Part shown: piece by piece, positions 63,621-64,000 of the stretch | How the letters are laid out: the number at the start of each line of letters is the position of its first letter | How positions within the stretch are numbered: the stretch's first letter is position 1 | Virus record (IMG/VR): IMGVR_UViG_3300018475_000104 | Coordinates: 45,535 to 109,534 of that record | Source: a virus | Taxonomy: Duplodnaviria; Caudoviricetes | Length of the DNA: 64,000 nt | Direction: 5' to 3' (one strand) | Notes under the pieces: model-generated | What the model saw: the letters and a program-made list of their open reading frames with translations, nothing else | Databases searched by the model: none | What the model was told of the DNA's origin: nothing | Program-made: the position numbers and the translations under genes

Positions 63621-63866
63621 TTAAATTTCCTCTCGATAGAAGTGCCGCACAGCATCAATCGCGCTTTCGGGAATTTGCCCACAATAATCCTCAAAACACT
63701 CAACCTCAAAAGAGAGAATCGTATCTGCGTGATACCCTTCCAATTGTTCAACAGCCTCACTGAAAGAGCTTGCGCGCAGTAGATGATGCATTACAGACTC
63801 TTTTTCAGAAATTTCATCCCAATAAACTACCTTAAACAAAAAAGTATTAATCATATTACACCTCAT
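63621..63866 (-). CDS. Hypothetical protein
   Basis: Abuts the next gene; acidic 81-aa ORF, start uncertain. Confidence 0.6.
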   Translation of the reverse strand: MRCNMINTFLFKVVYWDEISEKESVMHHLLRASSFSEAVEQLEGYHADTILSFEVECFEDYCGQIPESAIDAVRHFYREEI

Positions 63867-64000
63867 ATTATTCTTTATTACTTATACCAATCAAACCGCC
63901 AAGGTTTGTTCCAGTCCTGTCTCTTCATAAAATGTCTTTTAGCTTCACAATGCTTACACTTAATCCACTTCTTAGAACCAAAGTGAGGTGTCCAAAACCA

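Overview
A 64 kb segment of a large, AT-rich, long-tailed (siphovirus-like) phage, probably infecting a spore-forming Firmicute/Clostridia host (SigA-type promoters, AbrB/SpoVT-like gene, anaerobic RNR). It uses a recoded genetic code in which TAG is read as Gln (code 15). The fragmented ORF track joins into full-length genes once TAG is read through, and every gene end I checked is TAA or TGA. Layout: (1) 1-12.9 kb, + strand: replication and nucleotide metabolism (DnaE, NrdD/NrdG with glutaredoxin and FTR-like protein, deaminase, ThyX-like, dUTPase, RuvC-like). (2) 12.9-52.4 kb, - strand: morphogenesis operon (terminase, portal, protease/scaffold, MCP, tail tube, 2737-aa tape measure, Dit, Tal, fibres) plus an uncharacterised Cys/Gly/Gln-rich cluster. 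(3) 52.9-62 kb, + strand: array of small early-gene cassettes. The main finding is that the amber-suppressor tRNA(CUA) is split inside its anticodon by a 689-nt group I intron, and the intron's HNH endonuclease gene itself has an in-frame TAG, so the code switch may be gated by splicing. Also present: two type III hammerhead ribozyme copies between early genes, 13 copies of a 19-bp palindrome each between a terminator and (in 12 cases) a promoter, and a 26-bp motif bracketing the early region. All product calls come from motif recognition by eye, with no database searches.
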